From NCBI GenBank assembly GCA_963813155.1, contig CAWEYG010000001.1:1-64000 (forward strand): DNA of 64,000 bases. Reading direction: 5' to 3'. The notes below the pieces were generated by a model. The model was not told the origin of the DNA. It ran no database searches and saw only the letters and a program-made list of their open reading frames with translations. Positions within the stretch are counted from its first letter, which is position 1. Each line of letters starts with the position of its first letter. Source of the DNA: an uncultured Acidobacteriota bacterium (GTDB lineage Bacteria > Acidobacteriota > Thermoanaerobaculia > UBA5066 > DATFVB01). Position numbers and translations under genes: made by a program. Positions 10,278 through 20,859 of the stretch are shown piece after piece.

Positions 10278-12864
10278 ATGAAGGATAATGCGCCAACCTT
10301 GATGAATCCCGGCACCCGGCTCGGACCCTTCGAGATCCTCGCGCCCCTCGGCGCGGGCGGCATGGGAGAGGTGTACCGCGCGCGCGATTCGAAATTGAAA
10401 CGCGAGGTCGCCATCAAGGTCCTTCCCGAGTCTCTGGCGAAAGACCCCGACGCGCTCGCTCGCTTCGAGCGCGAGGCCCACGCCGTCGCGGCGCTCAACC
10501 ATCCCAACATCCTGTCGATCCACGATTTCGGGAACGAGAACGGCGTCGCCTACGCCGTCATGGAGCTCCTCGAGGGGGAGACGCTCCGCTCGAGGCTCGA
10601 CGGGGGCGCGCTCCCCCAGAGGCGCGCCGTCGAGCTCGCGATCCAGATCGCCCGGGGCCTCGCGGCGGCTCACGAAAAGGGAATCATTCACCGCGATCTG
10701 AAGCCGGAGAATGTCTTTCTCACGGCCGACGGCCGCCTGAAGGTGCTCGACTTCGGCCTCGCGAAACGGGTCGGATTGGACTCCGCCGGGACGAACGCCC
10801 CGACGACGCCCGCGGCGACGGAACCGGGCACCGTCATGGGCACCGTCGGGTACATGTCGCCGGAGCAGGTGCGCGGGCGCGACGTCGACGCTCGGACCGA
10901 CATTTTCGCGTTCGGCGCGATCCTCTACGAAATGCTCTCCGGGCGGCGCGCGTTCAAGGGCGATTCTCACGTCGAGACGCTGAACGCGATTCTCAAGGAA
11001 GAGCCGCCGGAGCTGGCCGATTCCGGCCTCCACGTCTCGCCCGCGCTCGACCGCATCGTCCGTCACTGCCTGGAGAAAGTCGCCGGAGGCGCGTTTTCAC
11101 TCCGCCGGCGACGTTGCGTTCGACCTCGAAGCTCTTTCCGGCGCGCCCAGCGGAGCGTCCGCCGCGGCGGGCCGGGGAGTCCGATCCGGCCGGCGAGTCG
11201 TCCCCACAGCGGCGGCGATCGCCCTGTTGCTGGCGATTCCGCTCGCGTATCTCCTCGGCACCCGGGCGCGGCGCAACGATCAACCCAGCTTTCGCGCTTT
11301 CACGTTTCGCCGGGGAACGATTCGTTCCGCCCGGTTCGCGCCGGACGGGCACACGATCGTGTACGGAGCGGCATGGCAGGGCGAGCCGATCCGTCTCTTC
11401 TCGGCGAGCACGGAGCACCTCGAATCCGCCCCGATTTCCCTTCCCGACGCCGACATCTTCGCGATCAACGCCCAGGGCGAGCTCCTGATCTCGCTCGGCC
11501 GCCGGTACCTGTCCACGCACCACAACGTCGGGACGCTCGCGCTCGCGCCGCTCTCGGGAGGCGCCGCCCACGAGATTCTCGAAAACGTTCAGGCGGCGGA
11601 CTTCGGGCCGGATGGAAAGAGCATCGCCGTGATCCGCGAGGTCGAGGGAAAGAATCGCCTGGAGTATCCGATCGGGACCGTACTTTGCGAAACGCTCGGG
11701 TGGATGAGCCACCTGCGCGTCTCGCCGCGGGGCGATCAAATCGCGTTCTTCGATCACTTCGACCGCTGGGACAACCGGGGAACCGTCGCGGTCGTCGATC
11801 GGAAGGGCCGCAAAAAGACCCTCACGCCGATCTACACGAGCGAAGAGGGCCTGACCTGGTCAGCCTCCGGAGACGAGATCTGGTACTCGTCCGGCTACGG
11901 TCTCGGAGGAGATTCGGTCCATGCCGTGACGCCGGACGGAAAATCGCGCATCGTCTACCAGGGTGTCGGCGACCTCGCGATCTTCGACGCCGCGCGCAAT
12001 GGCAAGGTCCTGCTGAGCCGGGCGCTCAACCAGCGAGAGATGATGTTCGGCCGCGCGGGAGAGCTTCGCGAGCACGACCTGTCCTGGTTCGACTGGTCGC
12101 TGCCGATCGACATGCTCCCGAGCGGGAAGGAGATTCTCTTTTCCGAGACCGGCCTCGGCTCGGGCGCGACCTACGGCGTCTTCGTTCGAGGCACCGACGG
12201 ATCGCCGGCGGTCCGCATTGGCGACGGCGGCCCTCAATCTCTTTCGCCGGACGCGAAGCTCGTTCTCGTCCACACGCAGACGAGCCCGCCGCAGACGGTG
12301 TTGTTGCCGACGGGGGCCGGAGAGCCGAAGACTCTGCGCTTCGGCGCCGTCGAGGGCGACGTGGCCCTCTTCTTCCCCGATAGCCGGAGGGTCCTCCTCG
12401 AAGGCCACGAGCCCGGACACGGGGCAAGGCTGTACGTCACCGACACCGACGGAGCCCCGCCCCGGCCGATCAGCGGAGAAGGGGTTCACCTGAACGGCAC
12501 CAACCCGATTTCGGCCGACGGCCGGTACGTGACGGCCACCGGCCGCGACGGAAAGTCGTACGTCTACCCCGTGGAAGGAGGCGCGCCGCGCGCGATCCCC
12601 GGCCCGACCGAAGACGACGAGATCAGCCGCTGGGCTCCGGACGGGAAATCGCTCTACGTTTTCCGCCATGGCGAGCTCCCGGCGAAAATCGCCCGCCTCG
12701 ACCTTGCGACAGGCAAACGGGAGCCCTGGAAAGAGATCCTGCCGAACGACGCCGCCGGGGTCGTCACGATCACGCCGATCCTGCTGACACCGGACGGAAA
12801 GACCTACGCGTACAGCTACCCGCGGATCCTGTCGCAGCTGTTCCTCGGCGAAGGGCTGAGATGA
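10278..12864 (+). CDS. Hanks-type Ser/Thr protein kinase with C-terminal WD40/TolB-like beta-propeller, frameshifted near 11.1 kb
   Basis: [37 protein letters not shown], followed by (S/A)PDG repeats. Confidence 0.93.
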
Positions 12865-12918
12865 AATCCTCAGTCGACGCGATCCTGGAGTAACTGGGTA
12901 AGATAACCTTCCCTCTGC

Positions 12919-12993
12919 TGGGGAGTCGCCTAACGGTAGGGCAGCGGCCTTTGGAGCCGCCTATTGAAGGTTCGAATCCTTCCTCCCCAACCA
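12919..12993 (+). tRNA. tRNA-Gln (TTG)
   Basis: Cloverleaf; anticodon arm GCGGC-CTTTGGA-GCCGC, GGTTCGAATCC T-arm, encoded CCA. Confidence 0.96.
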
Positions 12994-13120
12994 TCCGCCT
13001 TCGCCTTGCCATGTGCGATGGCGGGCTTCGGCGCGATAAGGCCCGGCTGAATGAAACGGAACAACCGCTCGCGAAGGCGGATGTCGCGCCGTAGTGTCGC
13101 GAAAGCGAACGGAGGCGGGC
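12994..13120. repeat. REP-like palindromic element immediately after tRNA-Gln
   Basis: TCCGCCTTCGC/GCGAAGGCGGA and CTTCGGCGCGATA/TGTCGCGCCGTAG inverted pairs. Confidence 0.65.
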
Positions 13121-13252
13121 CGTTCCATATGGCTCCGATGCGAACGACCATCCTTTCATGAAGCATGTCTCCGGGGCGATCGTCCGTTTGGTTCGCTGAA
13201 TCCCCCTCACCTATACTTGCCCGAGCGGACCAATTTCCGCTGGAGGTCCAAA

Positions 13253-13474
13253 ATGGGTGAAGGTCTTCTCCAACCGATGCATCTCTTGCTGATTCTCGGC
13301 ATCGCACTTGTGGTCTTCGGACCGAAGAAACTTCCGGAGCTCGGAAAAGGTCTGGGCGAGGCGATTCGAGGTTTCAAGAAATCGATGCATGAAGTCACCA
13401 ACGAACTCACGGTTGACGAAAAACCGAAACAGATCGAGTCGGCGTCGGGTCAGGACAAACCAAAGGTCTCCTAG
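13253..13474 (+). CDS. tatA: Twin-arginine translocase subunit TatA/E
   Basis: LVVFGPKKLPELGKGLGEAIRGFKK; GGAGG ribosome-binding site upstream. Confidence 0.93.
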   Translation: MGEGLLQPMHLLLILGIALVVFGPKKLPELGKGLGEAIRGFKKSMHEVTNELTVDEKPKQIESASGQDKPKVS

Positions 13475-13503
13475 GAGGGGCGCCGCCTCAGGCCGCGCGA
13501 TCT

Positions 13504-14739
13504 CTAGAGATAGGCCTGTTCGCCATGGAGCCCCTCGTCGAGGCCCATCTCTTCGGTCGCGTCCTTGACGCGAACAGGGGTAACCCTGTCGATCACCCAG
13601 AGCATCCCCAGCGTGAAGACGAACGCCCAGAGCGAGGAGATCGCAACCGCGCCGAGCTGGACGAAGAAGAAGTGCGGGTTGCCGTTGAGGAGGCCGTTTA
13701 CGCCGTTCGGGTTAAAACTCGTCGTCGCGAAGACGCCGAGGAGAACGATACCCAGGAACCCGCCGACACCGTGGACTCCCCAGACGTCGAGTGCGTCATC
13801 CCATTTGAGCTTGTTCTTCAGTGCCACCGCGTAAAAGCACACGACCCCCGCGATGACGCCTATAAGGCACGCGGTCGTCGGTGAGACGTAGCCGGCAGCG
13901 GGAGTGATCGTGGCGAGCCCCGCCACAGCGCCCGTGAGGAGCCCGAGGAACTTCGGCTTCTTCGAGGTGATCCAGTCCATAGCGAGCCACGCGATCGCCG
14001 CGAACGACGCGGAGATGTCGGTGTTGAGGAACGCGACGGCGGTAACGGAGTCGACGCGGAACTCGCTGCCGGCGTTGAAGCCGTACCAGCCGAACCAGAG
14101 GAGACCCGTGCCGAGAGCGACAAGCGGAATGCTGTGGGGCCCTCGGTCGGCGACCTTCCGCTTGCCGACGTAGAGGACCGAGGCAAGCGCCGCGATGCCG
14201 GCGACGTTGTGGACTACGATGCCGCCAGCAAAGTCGAGGACGCCCCACTTCGCAAGGATTCCGCCTCCCCAAACCATATGGACGAAAGGGAAGTAGACCA
14301 AGAGGAGCCACCCAGTCAGGAACGCCATATACGCCTTGAAGGTGACCCGGTTCGTGAAGGCGCCGGTGATGAGGGCAGGGGTGATAATCGCAAACATCAT
14401 CTGGTAGGCGCAAAAGACGATCATTGGAATCGTGTGGTTGGGGCTTGCCAGGTTGAGCGTGATGTTCCGAAGGAAGACCCAGTCGAAGTTTCCGATGATT
14501 CCGAAATGGTCAGTGCCGCTCCTGAGGTCCCCGCTGAAGCACATCGAAAATCCGCACAGCCACCAGAGCACCGTCGTCCATCCCATGGAAACGAAGCTCT
14601 GGATCATGATCGCGAGGACGTTCTTCCGGCCGACGAGCCCGCCGTAGAAGAACGCCAGGCCTGGCGTCATCAGCATGACGAGGCTGGAGCAGAGGATCAT
14701 GAACCCGGTATTTCCGGTGTCTAGATGAAGAGGTGGCAT
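13504..14739 (-). CDS. amtB: Ammonium transporter
   Basis: LMTPGLAFFYGG, DFAGGIVVH, LLWFGWYGFNAGS, DDALDVWGVHG. Confidence 0.96.
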   Translation of the reverse strand: MPPLHLDTGNTGFMILCSSLVMLMTPGLAFFYGGLVGRKNVLAIMIQSFVSMGWTTVLWWLCGFSMCFSGDLRSGTDHFGIIGNFDWVFLRNITLNLASPNHTIPMIVFCAYQMMFAIITPALITGAFTNRVTFKAYMAFLTGWLLLVYFPFVHMVWGGGILAKWGVLDFAGGIVVHNVAGIAALASVLYVGKRKVADRGPHSIPLVALGTGLLWFGWYGFNAGSEFRVDSVTAVAFLNTDISASFAAIAWLAMDWITSKKPKFLGLLTGAVAGLATITPAAGYVSPTTACLIGVIAGVVCFYAVALKNKLKWDDALDVWGVHGVGGFLGIVLLGVFATTSFNPNGVNGLLNGNPHFFFVQLGAVAISSLWAFVFTLGMLWVIDRVTPVRVKDATEEMGLDEGLHGEQAYL

Positions 14740-15262
14740 CGATCTTCTCCTTCGGCGCGTCGAATGGGGCGGCGCATCCTGGAGCGAGAGGTCTTCTCTC
14801 GCTTTTCGGGAGAACCTATCGTGGTTGTTACGCGGGGACAAATGATTCAAGCGTCCCAGACCCAGTCGGGGTCGGAACCCACGACAACCGAACTCTAGGA
14901 TTCAGCGGTTTCCGACTCGATCTTTAGCTTCTGGTTGATCTGGGTTTCTGTGAGTTCACGGCCAAAACAAGCCCAATTCACGGCCGGGAGACCGCCCTGA
15001 TCGGAAGGATATCCGTGCCACTAGAACCATTGAGCTTAGCTGCTGGTAACCGTCTGACTGGTCGTCGGCTTGCTCGTTCCCATTTGCGTCTCATAGTCCA
15101 AGAACTGCCAGTCGCAGTCTCCGACGACCTGCTCAAGCTTTACCGATGAGCCGTCAATGTAAGTGAGCGAGAAGACGTTCGGGCACAGGATTGCGATGCG
15201 GACACTTTTTCGCCCCTAATTGATTCGACCGCAATTCCAAAATAGAGTGTCGAAGTCGCCTC

Positions 15263-15556
15263 ATGTTCAAAAAATGCGTTGCCACCCTCTTCTGCGGGTC
15301 TCTGGTCTGCTCAATGTTCGCGCTTTCGATCAACGCCGACGCTCGGCAGTCAGCGGGTCCGGATTTCGTTATCGATCGGCTACCCACAGATCTCTCGGGA
15401 GTCTGGGAATTCGCGTTTGCGGGTGCCAATTCGACCGCTCCCCCTGTCGAAGCGGCGGCGTGGCGACCGATCCGGGTCCCTGGTACCTGGCAGGAGAGCG
15501 GATATTCTGGGCATGGCATCGCCTGGCTTCGGGCCCGGATCCTGACCGCAGGGTGA
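15263..15556 (+). pseudogene. Truncated secreted protein with the start of a GH2-like galactose-binding jelly-roll domain
   Basis: Signal peptide then DLSGVWEF...WRPIRVPGTWQESGY...GIAWLR, followed by an early stop. Confidence 0.5.
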
Positions 15557-15633
15557 CGAGCCCGCCGCAGCCCGAATGATGAGTCTATCGACGGACCGAT
15601 GTATCATTGCCGGACAGGACGCATTCTCGGCAC

Positions 15634-15985
15634 GATGACAGCGAAAAAGCAGACTCCCCACCCTCCGGCACGCAAGCCCCAGCGCTTTGCAACACGCGTC
15701 TCCGGCGGCCAATGGAAGGCCGAGATCGCTGGAATTTCTGGGACCGTTCGCGTCCTGGAGGTTTCCCGAACCGGAATCAAACTCGAAACCCGATCGGCGC
15801 TCGAGGTGGGCGACCGCTATCGGATCCACTTGATTCACAAGGGCGAGACTACGAGGACAACCTTCTACGTTCTTCGCTGCCCCCATCACGGTACAGGAGC
15901 CGAGCGCCTCTATAACCCGGCAGGGCTCTTCGCTGAAACCCTAACTCGCGCCGATCTACCAGGGACAATCCCCGACGTTCGGTAA
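15634..15985 (+). CDS. PilZ-like domain protein
   Basis: RKPQR (RxxxR) and EVSRTG (D/NxSxxG-like) motifs followed by a beta-strand pattern. Confidence 0.65.
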
Positions 15986-16078
15986 TCAACGGCTGCTTCA
16001 AGGCTTCATTCCAACGTCTCGACTTGCCGAATTCTTGCACTTCTCATAAGAATCTCACCCGCCCGCATTCGCCTTGTT

Positions 16079-17755
16079 TCACCCCTCCTGGGAAGCGGTG
16101 TCGGAGGAAATCGTCGGACGCGCCTCGGATTCCTTGTCGTGCAGGCCGAGAACTTTGAAGAGCGGGACCTGGGAAGCGAGGCCCTTCAGGGCGAAGAACC
16201 CCATCTGCGCGGCGCGCACGTTCTCTTTCACGGCTTCGTGGGTCTCCGGCCCGATGACGATGTCCCCCGGCGCCGCGACGAACTCCTCGATCCGGGCCGC
16301 GACGTTGACCGCGTTTCCGAGAACCGTGTAGTCCACGCGCCGGTCGGAACCGATCTCGCCGACGACGACCTCGCCGGAATTGATCGCGATGCGCACCTCG
16401 ACGGCGCGCTCCCCTTCCGACTCGCGTTGCCGGTTCCAGCCCTCGATCGCTTCCCGGATCTTCAAGGCCGCCTGGATCGCGCGCCACGCGTGGTCCGGCT
16501 GGTCGATCGGCGCGCCGAAGAACGCCATGGCCTCGTCGCCGATGAACTTGTCGAGCGTTCCCCCGACGGAGAATACGGCCTCGGCCGCGAAGGTGAAGAA
16601 CGTGTTCAGCAGCGTCGCGATCGCTTCCGGCGCGAGGCGCTCCGAGAGCGTCGTGAACCCGACGAGATCGGCGAAGAGCACGGTGACGTTTTTCGTTCTC
16701 GCCCGCTTCAGCGAGCCCGTTGCGGCGGAGTCGGCAATGATCTCGTCGATGACGGCCGGCGAATGGTACCGCTCCAGCCGCAGCCGGATCCTCTTGTCCT
16801 CTTCGATCCGCGCGTGCAGGCTCGCGCGCTCGATCGCGACCGCGGCGAAGTTCGCGAGCGCCGTCAGGAGGTCGAGATCTTCGCTTTTGAACGAGCCGAC
16901 ATGGAGTGGCGAGTCGACATGAATGACTCCCGTGACTTTGCCGCTCTCCCACAGCGGCACGCACATCGCGGAACGAATCTGCTGGATGCGGATCGACTGC
17001 CCCATGTCGAACCGCTCGTCGGCCTGCGCGTCGGAAGTCAGGAACGCGACCTTCTGCCGAACGACCATATCCACGATCGTGCGCGAAAACGGAGTCTCCC
17101 CCTCGGCGGTCGCCGGCACACGCGCCGACTTGACCCGGGCGACGCGCGTCTTCAACTCTCCGCTCTCGTCGGCGAGCAGCAGGAAAGCTCGATCGACGGG
17201 CAGGTACTCGAAGATGAGGTCCATGACCTTGTCGAGCACGGTTTCCACTTCGTCGGCCGAGATGAGGGTCTTGGCAACCTGAACGAGGATCTCGAAGACT
17301 TTGTTCTTGTACGCAACATCGAGCACGCCGCGCTTGCGCAGCATCGTCGACTCGCCGGCAAACGGGGTCCCCTTTTCGAGGCCGAACTCCTCGTTGAATT
17401 CGGCCAGGGGACGGATGAACGTGGACGTCGAATCCTTCTTCCCGGCCGGGCGGGGATAAGTCGCGATCGAAGGATCGTCGCGCATGCGAAGAGTGAATGT
17501 TCCAACCGAGATCTGGTCGCCGTCCTTGACGACCGACTGCGGCAGCGGCTTTCCGTTCACTCGGACGCCGTTCGTCGAATGGTTGTCCTTGAGCACCCAT
17601 TCGTCTTTTTCCTTGACGATGATCGCGTGCTTTCGGGAGACGGAAAAATCGTTGAGCACGACGTCGTTTTCCGAGGATCGCCCGATCGACACTTCTTCTT
17701 TCAGGAGCGTGTAGACCTGGGGACGGCCGTCCACTTCGTAGAAGAGCTGGATCAC
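16079..17755 (-). CDS. FHA-GAF-class III adenylate cyclase
   Basis: FHA IGR..SRKHA..STNGV; GAF SAMCVPL; cyclase FADLVGFT, DKFIGD, DYTVLGNAVNVAAR. Confidence 0.93.
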   Translation of the reverse strand: MIQLFYEVDGRPQVYTLLKEEVSIGRSSENDVVLNDFSVSRKHAIIVKEKDEWVLKDNHSTNGVRVNGKPLPQSVVKDGDQISVGTFTLRMRDDPSIATYPRPAGKKDSTSTFIRPLAEFNEEFGLEKGTPFAGESTMLRKRGVLDVAYKNKVFEILVQVAKTLISADEVETVLDKVMDLIFEYLPVDRAFLLLADESGELKTRVARVKSARVPATAEGETPFSRTIVDMVVRQKVAFLTSDAQADERFDMGQSIRIQQIRSAMCVPLWESGKVTGVIHVDSPLHVGSFKSEDLDLLTALANFAAVAIERASLHARIEEDKRIRLRLERYHSPAVIDEIIADSAATGSLKRARTKNVTVLFADLVGFTTLSERLAPEAIATLLNTFFTFAAEAVFSVGGTLDKFIGDEAMAFFGAPIDQPDHAWRAIQAALKIREAIEGWNRQRESEGERAVEVRIAINSGEVVVGEIGSDRRVDYTVLGNAVNVAARIEEFVAAPGDIVIGPETHEAVKENVRAAQMGFFALKGLASQVPLFKVLGLHDKESEARPTISSDTASQEG

Positions 17756-17776
17756 TGCGGCGATTTTATCCCGAAT

Positions 17777-17880
17777 CTTCGCCTCTCCCCCCGAGGGAGA
17801 GGCCGACGCGAAGCGGCGGGTGAGGGGGCGGGCCCGGACCACCCCTCACCCCGACCCTCTCCCACAAGGGGAGAGGGAGA
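17777..17880 (-). repeat. CCCTCTCCC/GGGAGAGGG palindromic intergenic repeat, copy 1
   Basis: Near-identical, in reverse orientation, to 28843-28974 and 54776-54882. Confidence 0.9.
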
Positions 17881-17891
17881 GGAAGCTCGAC

Positions 17892-18956
17892 CTACTCCGG
17901 CGGCTGGAACTGGATCCGCACCTGCTTCATCGACGCGATCGGGCCCCTCGGGCCCGTCGCGGGCCGGTACTTCCACCGCGAAACCGCCTGCACGGCGGCG
18001 TCGGTCATTCCCATCGGGCCCTCGCGCTTGACCTCGACCTTCGTCACGGTCCCCTCCGCGTCGATCGAGATCTGGAGCAGCACGGTCCCCGACGCGCGGG
18101 CCGCGAGCGCGGCCGCGGGATAGATCGGATCCACCTTTTCGACGACGACCGCCTGCGCGATGGGAAAACTCTCCGGCGCGACGCCGACGGGGGGGACGGT
18201 CTCCGTTGCCGGCTGGGCCGCGGGCGCGGCCGAGGTTCCGTCGGGAGCCGGCTCGGGCGCAACCGGGGGATTTTCCTCCGAGACCGCGATCCCCCGCACG
18301 ACCTTGCCGGAGCCCGGCACGAGCGCCGGCTCCGACGGGTTCGCGGGCACGATGTCCACGTCCCGCGAAGCGACGAAGCCGAGGCCTCCGTCGGGGAGCT
18401 TGACCGCGTAGAACGCGTGATCGACCGAATAGATGTCGAGCGAGGCGCCCTGTTCCGCCCGGCCCCAGACCGGGGCAAAGGAGAACGGAGCGAGGAGCAA
18501 CGGCGTCGCTTCTGCGACGTCTCCCGACAGCGGCTCGAACTTGAAGATCGCCTCGGCCCTGCGCACACGAGCCGCCCGGTCGGCATCCCGCTCGATCGAA
18601 CGGCTCAGCACGAAGCCCTCCGGCGCCGAGCCGGCGCGAACCCTGCACCAGAGGCCGCGCCGCTCGAGGATCGTCACCGCGTTGCCCCGGGCCAGGTCGG
18701 CGACCCGCGCCGCCCGGGGATCGGCGGCGGCCCTCACGACCGCTTCCGCTTCCGAAACGACCGCCGCCTCGGGGCTCGCGGTCTCCTCCGCGGGAGGAAC
18801 GAATCGGCGCGACCGCCGGGGCGCAAAGATCAGCGTCAGAACGAGGAGGAGAATCGAAGCGACTCCGATTCCGACCGGAAGGAATTTCTTCACTTCCGGC
18901 CGCTGCCAGAAACCGGGTGGCGGGCGCCTCGCGGGCGACGGGGGACGATTCTCCAT
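17892..18956 (-). CDS. TonB-family protein with SH3b-like domain(s)
   Basis: TM helix, SH3-like ILERRGLWCRVR...EGFV, TonB C-domain PIYPAAA...GTVLL...WKYRPA. Confidence 0.82.
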   Translation of the reverse strand: MENRPPSPARRPPPGFWQRPEVKKFLPVGIGVASILLLVLTLIFAPRRSRRFVPPAEETASPEAAVVSEAEAVVRAAADPRAARVADLARGNAVTILERRGLWCRVRAGSAPEGFVLSRSIERDADRAARVRRAEAIFKFEPLSGDVAEATPLLLAPFSFAPVWGRAEQGASLDIYSVDHAFYAVKLPDGGLGFVASRDVDIVPANPSEPALVPGSGKVVRGIAVSEENPPVAPEPAPDGTSAAPAAQPATETVPPVGVAPESFPIAQAVVVEKVDPIYPAAALAARASGTVLLQISIDAEGTVTKVEVKREGPMGMTDAAVQAVSRWKYRPATGPRGPIASMKQVRIQFQPPE

Positions 18957-18958
18957 GT

Positions 18959-19873
18959 TCACGACATCAGCGAAACGAGAATCGCCTTCTGGGCATGAAG
19001 GCGATTCTCCGCCTGGTCGAAGATCGCGGACTTCGGCCCGTCCGCGACGGCCGCCGAGACCTCTTCTCCCCGGTGCGCCGGAAGGCAATGGAGAAAAATA
19101 GAATCCGGAGCGGACAGCGTCATCAATCGCTCGTCGACGGTGAAACCCCGGAACTTCTCGATCCTCTCGGCCGCTTCTTTCTCCTGCCCCATCGATGCCC
19201 AGACGTCGGTATAGACGACATGGGCCCCGGCCACGCCTTCGTCCGGCGAGTGCAGGACGTCGATCCGGGCTCCCGTCGCGCGCGCGTCTTCCTTCGCGGA
19301 AGCCACGATTTCGGGTTTCGGGCCGTATCCTTCCGGCGTGACGATCGACACCGAGAGCCCCGTCTTCGCTCCCCCGAAAAGGAGCGAATGGGCCATGTTG
19401 TTTCCGTCCCCGACGTAGGCGAGCTTGAGCCCCTCGAGGCGCCCGAACCTCTCGCGGATCGTCTGGAGATCGGCCATCACCTGGCACGGGTGGAGGAGGT
19501 CGGTCAGGCCGTTGACGACCGGAATCGTCGCGTGCTTCGCGAGCTCCGTGACCGTCTCGTGCGCGAACGTCCGCGCCATGATTCCGTCCACGTATCGCGA
19601 AAGGACGCGCGCGGTGTCGGCGATCGGCTCGCCCCGTCCGATCTGGAGGTCGCGGGACGAAAGGAACATCGCGAGCCCGCCGAGCTGGTACATCCCGGCC
19701 TCGAAGGACACGCGCGTCCTCGTGGAGGACTTTTCGAAGATCATCGCGAGCGTCTTGCCCGAGAGCGCCGTCCGGAACTTCGGGCGGTTCTTCTTGATGT
19801 CGGCCGCGAGATCGAGCATCGCCGCAATCTCGCCGGGCGAAAAATCGTGGATCGAGACGAAATCCTTCTTCAT
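18959..19873 (-). CDS. argF: Ornithine carbamoyltransferase (catabolic context)
   Basis: SSTRTRVSFE, HPCQ, GDGNN, TDVWASMG, FLHCLP. Confidence 0.96.
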   Translation of the reverse strand: MKKDFVSIHDFSPGEIAAMLDLAADIKKNRPKFRTALSGKTLAMIFEKSSTRTRVSFEAGMYQLGGLAMFLSSRDLQIGRGEPIADTARVLSRYVDGIMARTFAHETVTELAKHATIPVVNGLTDLLHPCQVMADLQTIRERFGRLEGLKLAYVGDGNNMAHSLLFGGAKTGLSVSIVTPEGYGPKPEIVASAKEDARATGARIDVLHSPDEGVAGAHVVYTDVWASMGQEKEAAERIEKFRGFTVDERLMTLSAPDSIFLHCLPAHRGEEVSAAVADGPKSAIFDQAENRLHAQKAILVSLMS

Positions 19874-19880
19874 CTTCTCC

Positions 19881-20859
19881 TCAGGGCGCCCCGGCCGACA
19901 CATAGGTTCCGTTCTTTCGGTCGAGCGCTTCGGTCAACGACTCGGGATTCGTGATCAGGACTTCCCGTCCCCCCGATTCGACGAACCGCACCGCGGCGTC
20001 GATCTTCGGCCCCATGCTCCCCTTTGGAAACTGTCCCTCGGCGAGGAGCCGCCGGGCCTCCGCCGCCGTCAGCGAGGCCAGCGCCTGCTGCGACGGCTTG
20101 CCGAAGTCCCGGAAGACCTGCGCGACGCCGGTCAGCACGATGAAGAGGTCCGCCGAGAGCGAGGAGGCGAGAAGCGACGCGACGTAGTCCTTGTCGATCA
20201 CGGCCTCGACGCCCCGCATTTCTCCGCTTCCGTCGAAGACGACGGGGATTCCTCCCCCTCCCGCCGCGATCACGATCTTTCCCCGGTTGACGAGCCACGC
20301 GACGATCTCCGTCGACAAGACCGACTTCGGCTTCGGCGACGCGACGAGCTTCCTCCATCCCCGCCCGGCGTCTTCGGCCATGGTCCAGCCGTGGGTCTTG
20401 ATCAGCTCCTGCGCGCGCGCCCGGTCGAAGAAGGGCCCGATCGGCTTGCTCGGGCTCTGGAAGCCGGTGTCCGCGGCGTCGACCTCGACGGTCGTGACGA
20501 GGGTGATGATCTCTTTCCGGAAGCCGGCTCTCCCGAGGACGTTCGTGAGGGCGGTCTGAAGCAGGAAACCCATCGAGCCCTGCGTCTGGGCGACGCAGAC
20601 GTCGAGCGTCTGGGGAGGGATCCGGTCCGCCGACGCTTCCACCTGCAGGAGGAGGTTCCCCACCTGGGGCCCGTTGCCGTGCACGACGATGAGCTCGTAG
20701 CCGCGGTTGAGAACGGGCAGGAGCCACGCGGCCGCTTCTTCCGCCCTTCGCTGCTGCACGTCGAGCGCGCCCGGAGTCCTCCGGGCGGAGCAGCGCGTTT
20801 CCGCCGAACGCGACGATCGCCAGGGGGCGGACGAAGGAAAAGAAGGGCTGGGGGCTCAA
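19881..20859 (-). CDS. arcC: Carbamate kinase, frameshifted near 20770
   Basis: VAFGGNAL, HGNGPQVG, GGGGIPV, AVIDKD, GSMGPK. Confidence 0.95.

Noticed and set aside
14740-14850. Riboswitch in the amtB leader (GCGAGAG/CTCTCGC hairpin, CGCCGAAGGAG)
   Set aside because: The remaining glycine or glutamine riboswitch consensus is missing and GAAGGAG is explained as the ribosome-binding site
15178-15198. Sigma-54 promoter-like GG-N10-GC
   Set aside because: Poor match to TGGCAC-N5-TTGC; likely chance
12960-16080. attL/attR-bounded integrative element at tRNA-Gln
   Set aside because: No duplicated tRNA 3' end and no integrase found
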